Shown here: piece by piece, positions 18,988 to 27,485 of the stretch
Layout of the letters: every line of letters starts with the position of its first letter
How positions within the stretch are numbered: position 1 is the stretch's first letter
Origin: an uncultured virus (IMG/VR IMGVR_UViG_3300025402_000005)
Lineage: Duplodnaviria; Heunggongvirae; Uroviricota; Caudoviricetes
IMG/VR virus record: IMGVR_UViG_3300025402_000005
Direction: 5' to 3' (one strand)
DNA: 64,000 nt
Notes under the pieces: model-generated
Told to the model about the DNA's origin: nothing
What the model saw: only the letters and a program-made list of their open reading frames with translations
Databases searched by the model: none
Position numbers and translations under genes: made by a program

Positions 18988-19779
18988 GTGGCAGAAATAA
19001 TTAACGACCAAGACCTAATTAATAAGTTCGCTCAACATGCTGCTGCGGAACCCGAGGAAAAAGTAAGTACTCGGGCTCCGCTAGGCTCAGAAGTTTCTCT
19101 TCCCGGGGGACTTGTGGAAAGAGGAGACGTTATTAGAACTGTTGAAGTTCGAGAACTTACCGGTGTAGATGAGGAAGCAATCGCTAAAGCTTCTACAACA
19201 GGTAAAGCTCTAAACGTACTTTTACAACGTGGTTTAGTAAGAGTAGGCGGTAGAGAGGCTACAACAGACGATTTAGACAAGCTTCTTGCTGGTGATAGAG
19301 ATGCAATCCTTATTGGTATTAGAAAGATTACCTTTGGGGAAACTATTGACTTCCAGATTACTTGTCAGAGTTGCGCTACAGAGCAAGTTACAACGGTTCA
19401 CTTGGTAGACGATGTTCCAGTTCGTAAATTAGAAGACCCAACTGCGGATAGAACATGGAACGTAGAAACTAAGAAAGGTTATGTAACCATAACTCTTCCT
19501 ACTGGATTAACCCAAAAGAAACTCTTAGAAAATGCGGATAAGACGGCAGCTGAGATCAATACCTTGTTGTTGACAGGCTGTGTTCTATCAGTAAATGGAG
19601 AACCTTCCGTAGGAGCCTACACCGTCCTATCTTTAGGTATCGGAGACCGCTCAAAGTTAATTGATGAGATTTTAGCTAGAAACCCAGGCCCACGCCTCGG
19701 GGAGGTGGTTAAGACTTGCAAGGCATGTGGAGAAAAGATCGCACTCCCACTAAGTCTTGTCGATTTGTTTCGTATATAG
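18988..19779 (+). CDS. Tail assembly chaperone / baseplate hub assembly protein
   Basis: VRELTGVDEE, GDRDAIL..IR..TFG, two CxxC pairs; lies between tube and tape measure genes. Confidence 0.75.
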   Translation: MAEIINDQDLINKFAQHAAAEPEEKVSTRAPLGSEVSLPGGLVERGDVIRTVEVRELTGVDEEAIAKASTTGKALNVLLQRGLVRVGGREATTDDLDKLLAGDRDAILIGIRKITFGETIDFQITCQSCATEQVTTVHLVDDVPVRKLEDPTADRTWNVETKKGYVTITLPTGLTQKKLLENADKTAAEINTLLLTGCVLSVNGEPSVGAYTVLSLGIGDRSKLIDEILARNPGPRLGEVVKTCKACGEKIALPLSLVDLFRI

Positions 19780-19924
19780 AGAAGAAGATTACGAGCATTT
19801 GTTAGACCAGTATGAGTTCTTAACAAGAGTTTTTACTGGGTGGACTTTAGCGGATATAAAAAATATGTCCGCTAGAGAAAGATTAAACTGGATCGAACGC
19901 GCTAGAAAGAATAGGAGGTATTAG
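19769..19924 (+). CDS. C-terminal extension of the tail chaperone, probably via +1 frameshift
   Basis: +1-frame ORF FVYREEDYEHLLDQYEFLTRVFTGWTLADIKNMSARERLNWIERARKNRRY with no RBS-linked start; overlaps TTG TTT CGT ATA TAG. Confidence 0.65.
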   Translation, partial: FVYREEDYEHLLDQYEFLTRVFTGWTLADIKNMSARERLNWIERARKNRRY

Positions 19925-19928
19925 ACCA

Positions 19929-22121
19929 ATGGATGACAGCAAAGTTGGCTTAAACCTTGGTGGCGGGGGAAAGATCTCTCTTAGCATTACTAATATCAAA
20001 CGAGACATTCTTGGTCTAGCGAGTTCGATCACAGGCACTTTACAGCCAGCTGTAGACAAACTGGTTAAGTCCCTTAACTCTGTAAAGATCCCAAAAGTAG
20101 AAGCCCCTTCAGGTTCAGGACAAGGTGGCTCAGGCGTAAACAACAATGTGGTCGCTAGCAATGGAAGAGCGGCGCTCCCTCCCCCACCTCCTACTAGCGA
20201 CGCCAATACTGGCAGTGGTGGAAGTGGTGGCGGAGGGAACCAAGATAGAAACCGAGTTGCCGCAGTCAATGAAGGATTTCAAAAGTATGTAAGTGCTTCT
20301 TCTGCAATCAGCTCTGGCTTAGAAGCCAGCAAGCTTATGCCTAGCGTGCCTAACGCTGTTATGCAAGACTTACTTACAGTAAGGTCTGCTTTTTACGGTC
20401 AAGGTGGATTTAATGTGCCTTTACAGCAACAATCAGCAAATGTAAAAGCGCTTCAAAAATCTTTAGCTCACAATGGCCTAGCCACAGATGCTATGGACAC
20501 AACTAACGCTTTGGCTACAGCTAATGACTTAGGTCTTAGCGGAGCAACTAACTTTAGTGATGTAATGCAGGGGGCGGCTCAAGGTTCTCGATTTACCCCG
20601 GGTATTGGTATCACAGGGGCTACCCAAGCTATTGGTCAGACCTTAAACGCGCCTTCTACTGTCAACATGGCTCGCGTTATCGGTATTCAACTTCGTGGCC
20701 CAGACGGATCGCTACTCCCTTTAGATCAAGTTGTTGACAAGATCTGGAACTTCTTAAAACAACAAGGGCACAGCACCCCTACTAAAAAAGATATCCAAAT
20801 ATCTTTAATGCCTGGTAATGGTATTTACAACATGTTGAGTGGTCTTTTTAATGGAGACACAGCCATGATTCAAATGGTTGGAAACATGTTGCTTGCCAAA
20901 GCTCAATTTGGCGGAGCAGAGCTTAGTTCTTTAACAACAAAGCAATTAGTAAAAGCTGGTATTCAATCCCAAACTGCTGCGGACATTGGTCGTCAAACTG
21001 CTACTCAAACAGATTTAACAGTAGATCAGTCCTCCCAAATATCTGGTGGCTATGATGCCAGCACTAAATTTAATAACGCCGTAGACAAATTTGTTAGTGG
21101 CATCGATAAAGTAACTGGTGGTATTGGAGCCGTAAACGGGCTTAACCAAGGACTACTTGGTGGTCCATTGGGAACACTTGGGGGAATTTTTAGTAAATTA
21201 CTTAACTTGTTTGGAAACGCTGAAGGCGGACCAGTTGTTAGTAGAGGACCTGTGGGTAATAACAGAACCCCTTACATTGTAGGTGAAGAAGGTCCAGAAT
21301 TATTCATACCGCAAGTAGACGGTCAGATTATCCCTAACCATAAACTACCAGGACTAAATAGAAACGACGGCGTTGGAAAAGTAAAGTCTACTGGTGGGTC
21401 TGCCCAAGAGATTCAACAATATCTAATGAAGACTTTAGGAATTAGCGCAGATGCCGCTACTGGTGTTGTCGGTAACCTTATGGTTGAATCTGGTCTAGAC
21501 ACCCGCGCCGAAGGTGATAAAGATCCTAAGACAGGTAAATATACCTCTTACGGAATAGCGCAATGGCATAACGGTCGTTGGGATGAATTAAGAGCCTACG
21601 CAGCCAAACGTCATCTGGATCCTTGGAGCATAACAGCTCAAGAGGGATACTTAGCTCAAGATATTACAAAAACAGGCGATAAGTGGTCTAAAGGAACTTT
21701 GTTAGACGAGCTTAAAAAGAAAGGCATTACTGAGGGTAACGCTGCAGCGTACTTCATGAGTGACTTTGAACGACCAAACGATCAAAGTAAAAGTGCCGCT
21801 CAAAGAAGAGCTGATGCTGGAGTTAAAGCCGTTAAGGGTAACTATAGCCCAGCTGTTACTGGAGGTTATGACGCAAATAGTACGCCGGGTGGAGCACAAA
21901 GTGGAGGATCTACATATACGGGTAGTGGAACTACTTCTGGTGCCTCTGGTGCCTTAACCGCCGCTGACGTTGCTATACAAAAGCAACAGGCTCAATACAC
22001 AGGAGGAACTAATTACGGCGGTCTTACCTTTAACTTCAATGGAATTACTGACACCACAACTATTGTGACTAAAGTTAAACAATTAATTAATAATCCAACA
22101 GGAACAGTAGGTAAAGGCTAA
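19929..22121 (+). CDS. Tape measure protein with phage tail lysozyme domain
   Basis: Ala/Gly-rich helical body, AEGGPV..YIVGEEGPELFIP, then GVVGNLMVESG...GIAQW..GRW...FERP. Confidence 0.85.
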   Translation: MDDSKVGLNLGGGGKISLSITNIKRDILGLASSITGTLQPAVDKLVKSLNSVKIPKVEAPSGSGQGGSGVNNNVVASNGRAALPPPPPTSDANTGSGGSGGGGNQDRNRVAAVNEGFQKYVSASSAISSGLEASKLMPSVPNAVMQDLLTVRSAFYGQGGFNVPLQQQSANVKALQKSLAHNGLATDAMDTTNALATANDLGLSGATNFSDVMQGAAQGSRFTPGIGITGATQAIGQTLNAPSTVNMARVIGIQLRGPDGSLLPLDQVVDKIWNFLKQQGHSTPTKKDIQISLMPGNGIYNMLSGLFNGDTAMIQMVGNMLLAKAQFGGAELSSLTTKQLVKAGIQSQTAADIGRQTATQTDLTVDQSSQISGGYDASTKFNNAVDKFVSGIDKVTGGIGAVNGLNQGLLGGPLGTLGGIFSKLLNLFGNAEGGPVVSRGPVGNNRTPYIVGEEGPELFIPQVDGQIIPNHKLPGLNRNDGVGKVKSTGGSAQEIQQYLMKTLGISADAATGVVGNLMVESGLDTRAEGDKDPKTGKYTSYGIAQWHNGRWDELRAYAAKRHLDPWSITAQEGYLAQDITKTGDKWSKGTLLDELKKKGITEGNAAAYFMSDFERPNDQSKSAAQRRADAGVKAVKGNYSPAVTGGYDANSTPGGAQSGGSTYTGSGTTSGASGALTAADVAIQKQQAQYTGGTNYGGLTFNFNGITDTTTIVTKVKQLINNPTGTVGKG

Positions 22122-23356
22122 TGGGTAACTTATTAGTTGACTTAACACTAGCAGGAATTAAAAGTGCGGTAACCGGTATAGTACACGCCGTATCTGGATC
22201 CAGTAGTTCTTCTGGAGCAACTGTTAATGGCCCTGCTCCTACCCCAACAACAACATCTACAACTACAAGTCCTGGACAACCTAACCCTCAACCTAATATT
22301 ACTCCTCAAAAAGCAAAGTTTAATCTTCCTCCTCATGCTTGGAGTAGGCCGTTAACCCCTGAGGTATTGATGGCTGATGGACCACTAAACTACACTCCTC
22401 CAAATCAAGGTTGGGCAAGTAATGAAGCATACCGTCTTTCTCGTATGTGGTGCTATCAACCAATATCTAACAACCAGGTAACTGGTAGCTCTACTACAAG
22501 CTCTACTACAAGCTCTACTACAAAAACTAGCGCACCTACTAACTCCGGTTTAGCTAGAGGTTACTCGGCTCCTTTAACAAGTTTATCTGGGTCTTCTTCT
22601 TCAAGCACTACTACCCCTAGTGCTCCTGCCCCTGTTTTTGACTATGATTGGGGATTTCAATTTTTATGGAACCCTACAACCATTTCAACTAGCGTAGACC
22701 TAAATAACAATGTGACACCAAGTGCCGTAGACAAATATTCAGGTATTACCGGCCTATTTAACGCCGTTGAAAGTGTTACTTTTACAATAGTAATTGATAG
22801 AGTGAATGACTTTGCTTGTGCTAGGGGTCTTTTAAGTGCTCAGCAACAGAATTACGGTACAAGCGCGACCTCTTCAGTAAGTACTTCTAGCGGAACTTTT
22901 ATTGGGTTTTCTCCTATAGCTACAACGCTCTCCACAGCTGATGTAAACATTCTAACACCGTACTATCAAGGAGGCGCCAGAAGTACGTCTTCTCCAGCTA
23001 ACCCAGAGAAATTGTCTGATCAGATACTTACTCTTTTAAAATTAGGCACTATGGCTGATATAGAGTACCTTTACAGAATGATGAACGGATCTGGTACCGG
23101 TTTAAGTGGGGCAGCTGGATCAGCTTACTGGACTAACATGCTAGGTAAAAAAACAGCTGATATTTCTTTCATTCAGCCAACTCCTATTGCTGTTCAATTT
23201 GGACCTAGTATCCATAGTCTTTCATATGTGGGGTACGTAAGTAGCATGTCTATCAACCACACGATCTTTACACAAGATATGATACCTCTGCACACAGAGG
23301 TACAGGTTTCTATGCAAGCATTTTCAAAGACTACACTTGTTTCTGGAGGTCTATAA
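22121..23356 (+). CDS. Baseplate/tube initiator-type protein
   Basis: WGFQFLWNPTTI, GTMADIEYL, YVGYVSSMSINHT.F...MIP; follows tape measure gene. Confidence 0.6.
   Translation: MGNLLVDLTLAGIKSAVTGIVHAVSGSSSSSGATVNGPAPTPTTTSTTTSPGQPNPQPNITPQKAKFNLPPHAWSRPLTPEVLMADGPLNYTPPNQGWASNEAYRLSRMWCYQPISNNQVTGSSTTSSTTSSTTKTSAPTNSGLARGYSAPLTSLSGSSSSSTTTPSAPAPVFDYDWGFQFLWNPTTISTSVDLNNNVTPSAVDKYSGITGLFNAVESVTFTIVIDRVNDFACARGLLSAQQQNYGTSATSSVSTSSGTFIGFSPIATTLSTADVNILTPYYQGGARSTSSPANPEKLSDQILTLLKLGTMADIEYLYRMMNGSGTGLSGAAGSAYWTNMLGKKTADISFIQPTPIAVQFGPSIHSLSYVGYVSSMSINHTIFTQDMIPLHTEVQVSMQAFSKTTLVSGGL
22487..22522 (+). repeat. 12-bp tandem repeat AGCTCTACTACA x3
   Basis: Read directly; encodes SSTT x3 linker. 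Confidence 0.85.
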
Positions 23357-23637
23357 TGCCTATTTACAAAGGGTCTAGATACGAATATGCAAAAGTAGAT
23401 TATGTGTCTACAGAAGTAAATGGGCCAGCAAACCCTATCGTCTTTAGTACTATTCACCCAATAACTAGAATGTCCTATATTACCCATACTTACGTAGAGG
23501 GTGAACGGTTGGATAGCTTAGCTAGCAAGTACTACTCAAATTCTTCTGTTTGGTGGCACATTGTTATGGCTAATCCTATGATTCCAGATTTTACAAATAT
23601 TGATCCAGGAACAATTCTTAGGATACCTAGTGTTTAA
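23356..23637 (+). CDS. LysM-like baseplate protein
   Basis: YVEGERLDSLASKYY...WWHIVMANP...PGTILRIP. Confidence 0.85.
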   Translation: MPIYKGSRYEYAKVDYVSTEVNGPANPIVFSTIHPITRMSYITHTYVEGERLDSLASKYYSNSSVWWHIVMANPMIPDFTNIDPGTILRIPSV

Positions 23638-24961
23638 TTACCTTTACGTAAACTTTCCTAACACCTCTGTTGGACCTCAAGTAGTATCTTCTTTAAACTT
23701 GTATCAAAACAGGTATGAGCATGAAGTAGTTTCTATAAAGTTTAGGGACTGGGGAGTTCCTTATGAAGCTGTAGAGACAGGCTCACCTATATCTTTTACT
23801 ATAGGTTTTGGAGCGGACATCAGAGACTTTTATGGGTATGTTCACCACATCAATTTGACCAGAGAACCGGGGCATAACGTAACTGAGGTTGTGGCTGTGG
23901 GCGCCTCTATGATTATGAAGAATGAATCTCAACAAGTGTATAAAGGCATGTCCGCCGACGGCATTATCCAACAGATCGCTAAAAGAAATAACTTTGTGTG
24001 CTTTTCTGTACCCCACCCACGAATCTATCCGCAAGTAGCTCAAGCTGGCCATACTGACTGGGAGTTGTGTGTAAAACTAGCTAAGCAGTCTGGTTACTCT
24101 TTACGAACTCAAAACACAGAGTTGTACTTTCAGCCTATGCTATACGAGTACACAACAGCCAGATATCAAGCTCCTGTTTACACCATGAACGTACCCACTG
24201 ACCCAAACGGATCAAATCTTTACTCTTTTGAACCTGTTATTGCAGAGAGTTTGGAGTACGACGGAGATAAAAAGGGCGCCGTAGCAGTAGGCGGCGTGGA
24301 TAGAGCCACTACTCAAAGCATGTCTATAACTCAACAGACTAGAGCCAAAAATACAAAGTCAAACACGAAGCCTGAGTTCTTCGACCGATTTGCTACACAT
24401 GTAGTGGCTAGAGATGCGGCAACCGCGCAGTACGAGGCTGAAGCTGCTGAGAACAGAAACATTTTCCCGTACCGAGCAACAGCTGAAGTTTTGGGTAGTG
24501 CGACTTTGAGACCAGACCTTCCGATTTACATTGTAGGCGCTGGGTCACAGTACGATGGCTACTGGACGATTTTAGGCACAGAGCATAGAGTTGTAGAGAA
24601 GAACAGAAACGTGCAGATGTATACAACTGTACTAACTCTCGGGTCAGATTCTTTGGGAACTGCGGCTCAATGGGTAGACGGAAACACGGTAACCGCTCCT
24701 ACCCCAGTTGCTACAAGAGCACTAACCCCGGGAGTTACTCAGGTAGCAGTAGTCCCTGTAACAAATTTAAAAGTTACTGCTCCTACCAGTGGAGCATTAC
24801 CAGGAAGCAGCTTTAGCGTAGCCACTAACCGACCTGCCTCTAATGCTAGCTCTCCTGTTTGGGTAACTGGAACCGCCTCTTTAGATCCTTTAGCGCAAAG
24901 TTCAACTACGGCAACAGCCCCAAATAGATTGTTAAATAGCGTAGTATTGGGCGTCTTATGA
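23630..24961 (+). CDS. Baseplate hub protein (gp27/GpD-like)
   Basis: FYGYVH, IIQQIAK, Q..HTDWEL..KLAKQSGY, YDGYW.I...EH; GTG start at 23630. Confidence 0.75.
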   Translation: MFNYLYVNFPNTSVGPQVVSSLNLYQNRYEHEVVSIKFRDWGVPYEAVETGSPISFTIGFGADIRDFYGYVHHINLTREPGHNVTEVVAVGASMIMKNESQQVYKGMSADGIIQQIAKRNNFVCFSVPHPRIYPQVAQAGHTDWELCVKLAKQSGYSLRTQNTELYFQPMLYEYTTARYQAPVYTMNVPTDPNGSNLYSFEPVIAESLEYDGDKKGAVAVGGVDRATTQSMSITQQTRAKNTKSNTKPEFFDRFATHVVARDAATAQYEAEAAENRNIFPYRATAEVLGSATLRPDLPIYIVGAGSQYDGYWTILGTEHRVVEKNRNVQMYTTVLTLGSDSLGTAAQWVDGNTVTAPTPVATRALTPGVTQVAVVPVTNLKVTAPTSGALPGSSFSVATNRPASNASSPVWVTGTASLDPLAQSSTTATAPNRLLNSVVLGVL

Positions 24962-25245
24962 CCTACGATAAAAGATTTTATGGGATCTACGAGGGTATCT
25001 GTACTAATAGTTTTGATCCAGATAACAAAAGTAGGATAAAGCTACAAGTACCTCAGATATTAGGAACCGCGGAAACAGACTGGGCTCCAGCTTGTCTGCC
25101 TGTGGTTTTAACAAATCAATACGTAGGAACAACGACAACAGGAACAATAACTTTGAGCAGTACGCCATACATAGGTCAAAAGGTATGGGTAATGTTTATT
25201 GCAGGAGATCCAAACTTTCCAGTATGGGTAGGAGTTGAAGTATGA
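24958..25245 (+). CDS. Baseplate spike OB-fold protein (gp5/GpV N-terminal-like)
   Basis: FYGIYEG.C....DP....RIKLQVPQ, P.IGQKVWVMFIAGDPNFPVW. Confidence 0.85.
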   Translation: MTYDKRFYGIYEGICTNSFDPDNKSRIKLQVPQILGTAETDWAPACLPVVLTNQYVGTTTTGTITLSSTPYIGQKVWVMFIAGDPNFPVWVGVEV

Positions 25246-25658
25246 CAGTGACACCTAAGGCTATAACTTTGCCTTTTAGCTTTGACGTTAATGGATCTGT
25301 GGCTACCACTATTGACGAAAAGAAGATCATTCAAGACCGAGTTACAGCTGTCTGTATGACCCTATTAGGTGAGCGGGTTATGCGCCCTGTCTACGGAACT
25401 AACGCTAGAGGTCAGGTATTTCAAAACATATCTACCATCCCTGCGGCTATGGAACAAGAAGTAAGTATCGGTTTCTCTAAGTGGCTCCCGTACCTATCAC
25501 TAATAAGTGTTGAGTCAGGGCTGGATACGGACAGTAGCTCAATTATCACCTTAGTAACTTATAACTACGGACCTTCGACTACCCCCGTAACGGTATCGTT
25601 ACGCACTGCTATACTTGACAGAACTGGAAATATCATCTCGGAGGTTACACGTGGCTAA
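25242..25658 (+). CDS. Baseplate wedge gp25-like protein
   Basis: LPF, T..GERVMRPVYG, W.P. Confidence 0.85.
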   Translation: MTVTPKAITLPFSFDVNGSVATTIDEKKIIQDRVTAVCMTLLGERVMRPVYGTNARGQVFQNISTIPAAMEQEVSIGFSKWLPYLSLISVESGLDTDSSSIITLVTYNYGPSTTPVTVSLRTAILDRTGNIISEVTRG

Positions 25659-27483
25659 TAAGTATGTGCCGTCCATAGACTACACATCTAGGGACTACGC
25701 GTCAATCCTCTCGGATATGACAAACCTCATTCCTAATATTGCCCCTTACTGGACTAACCGAGATCCCGCTGACTTTGGTATTGCCCTCCTTGAGCTCTTT
25801 GCTTACATGGGTGACATCCTAAACTATTACATCGATATCTCGGCTAACGAGGCTTTAATAAATACAGCGACTCAAAGAGAAACAGTTCTTCAGTTGGCTG
25901 ACCTTGTTGGCTACACCCCCACCAATGCCACAGCCTCTACCGTAACTTTAAAGTTTACAAACGCTAACAACTCCACCATCAACTCTGTTGGCGTAGTTAA
26001 TGGCGTTATCACAATCCCTGCGTATACAAGAGTGTCTACTTCTGCGGTGGCTAACTCAACGACAACTCAGATCTTCTTTGAAACCACGTCCGCACTGACC
26101 CTCAATCCAGGCACTAACTCTACTGTCTCGGCTATTCAAGGTTATACAACAAGTGACACATTGCCTGCTTCCTCAGGTGCGCCTTATCAGTTTTACGCTT
26201 TGTCTACCCCTTCAGTAATTAATAACTCCATCTCCGTATCAGTTAATGGAGTACCTTACCAACAAGTTAATTACTTGATTGATTACTCTGGCGATGCCGC
26301 TGTATTTTCAATTAAGACGGATGCAAATAACTACACATATATTCAATTCGGTGACGGCATATCTGGTCGAATCCCACCAACTGGTAGCCCAATTATCGCC
26401 ACATATCGTGTGGGTGGCGGCACAGTGGGTAACGTGGCGGCTTCAACTATTAAATACATCACTTACTTCCCTGGACTATCTCAGACCCCAGTAGGTTTGA
26501 GCGTAATAAACGATACAACTCCAGCGACTGGAGGAGCGGACCCAGAGTCAACAGACTCTATTAGAATTAACGCACCTCTTAGCATACGTTCTATTAACCG
26601 AGCGGTGTCTATTGCTGACTATGCCAACTTAGCTGTTCAGGTGACTGGTGTATCTAAGGCAACAGCTAGTGCCTCTGTTTACTCTGCGGTAACTCTTTAC
26701 GTCTGCCCAAGTGGAGACCCGGGAGTTGGCGCAGACAATTACACCCCTAGTGCGGTCTTTAATAACACAGTTAACAATGTTAACTTGTATCTTGTCAATA
26801 AAGCTCCAGCAAACACTACAGTTGTGTACCAACCACCTACTTATGTAGGAACCTACATAATGGTTAGCATCACTGTTAGCCCTCAGTACTCTCAGTCTTC
26901 TGTTATCACAAGCGTTACAAACGCTATCAATAGCCTGTTCTACATTGATAATGTGACCTTTGGAGATACGATCGCAGTATCAGATGTCTATAACGCTATT
27001 TCTAATGTAGAAGGAGTAGCGTACAAGAATATTCAAATGATGGTTCGCGCGGACTCTGACCAAACCTATTTGATTACTAACGTAGCTTTGACCTCTAACG
27101 TAGCCACATTGACTACCTCGACTACTCACAACCTAACCGTAGGTCAGACTGTATTAGTAAATGGTGTAGTAGGTACTGGATTAACTATCTTTAATGGTAC
27201 TTATGTAGTTACTTCTACTCCAACATCTACCACCTTTACCTATGCTTTGATCGCGGCAAACGTAACATCTACCGCTGTAAGCGGACCTATTGCCGCCGCA
27301 CTTACTGTTAATAACATAGTCTGCGCGGTTAATGAGATCCCTACTATCAGCGAACTAGCTGCCGCAGGGGCTTCTCTAATTACCTCTACATCGTTATCTA
27401 CCTTCTTAAGCAACATCCAATCGAACACGCTTAATGGAATGGGTACTGTATTCATCAACGCTAGCGGAGGAATTAACAGCTAA
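25651..27483 (+). CDS. Baseplate J-like wedge protein
   Basis: IDYTSRDY, DFGIALLELFAYMGD, FGDG..GRIP, YRVGGG, GGADPES, RAVS..DY; GGAGG RBS before GTG 25651. Confidence 0.9.
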   Translation: MANKYVPSIDYTSRDYASILSDMTNLIPNIAPYWTNRDPADFGIALLELFAYMGDILNYYIDISANEALINTATQRETVLQLADLVGYTPTNATASTVTLKFTNANNSTINSVGVVNGVITIPAYTRVSTSAVANSTTTQIFFETTSALTLNPGTNSTVSAIQGYTTSDTLPASSGAPYQFYALSTPSVINNSISVSVNGVPYQQVNYLIDYSGDAAVFSIKTDANNYTYIQFGDGISGRIPPTGSPIIATYRVGGGTVGNVAASTIKYITYFPGLSQTPVGLSVINDTTPATGGADPESTDSIRINAPLSIRSINRAVSIADYANLAVQVTGVSKATASASVYSAVTLYVCPSGDPGVGADNYTPSAVFNNTVNNVNLYLVNKAPANTTVVYQPPTYVGTYIMVSITVSPQYSQSSVITSVTNAINSLFYIDNVTFGDTIAVSDVYNAISNVEGVAYKNIQMMVRADSDQTYLITNVALTSNVATLTTSTTHNLTVGQTVLVNGVVGTGLTIFNGTYVVTSTPTSTTFTYALIAANVTSTAVSGPIAAALTVNNIVCAVNEIPTISELAAAGASLITSTSLSTFLSNIQSNTLNGMGTVFINASGGINS

Positions 27484-27485
27484 CT

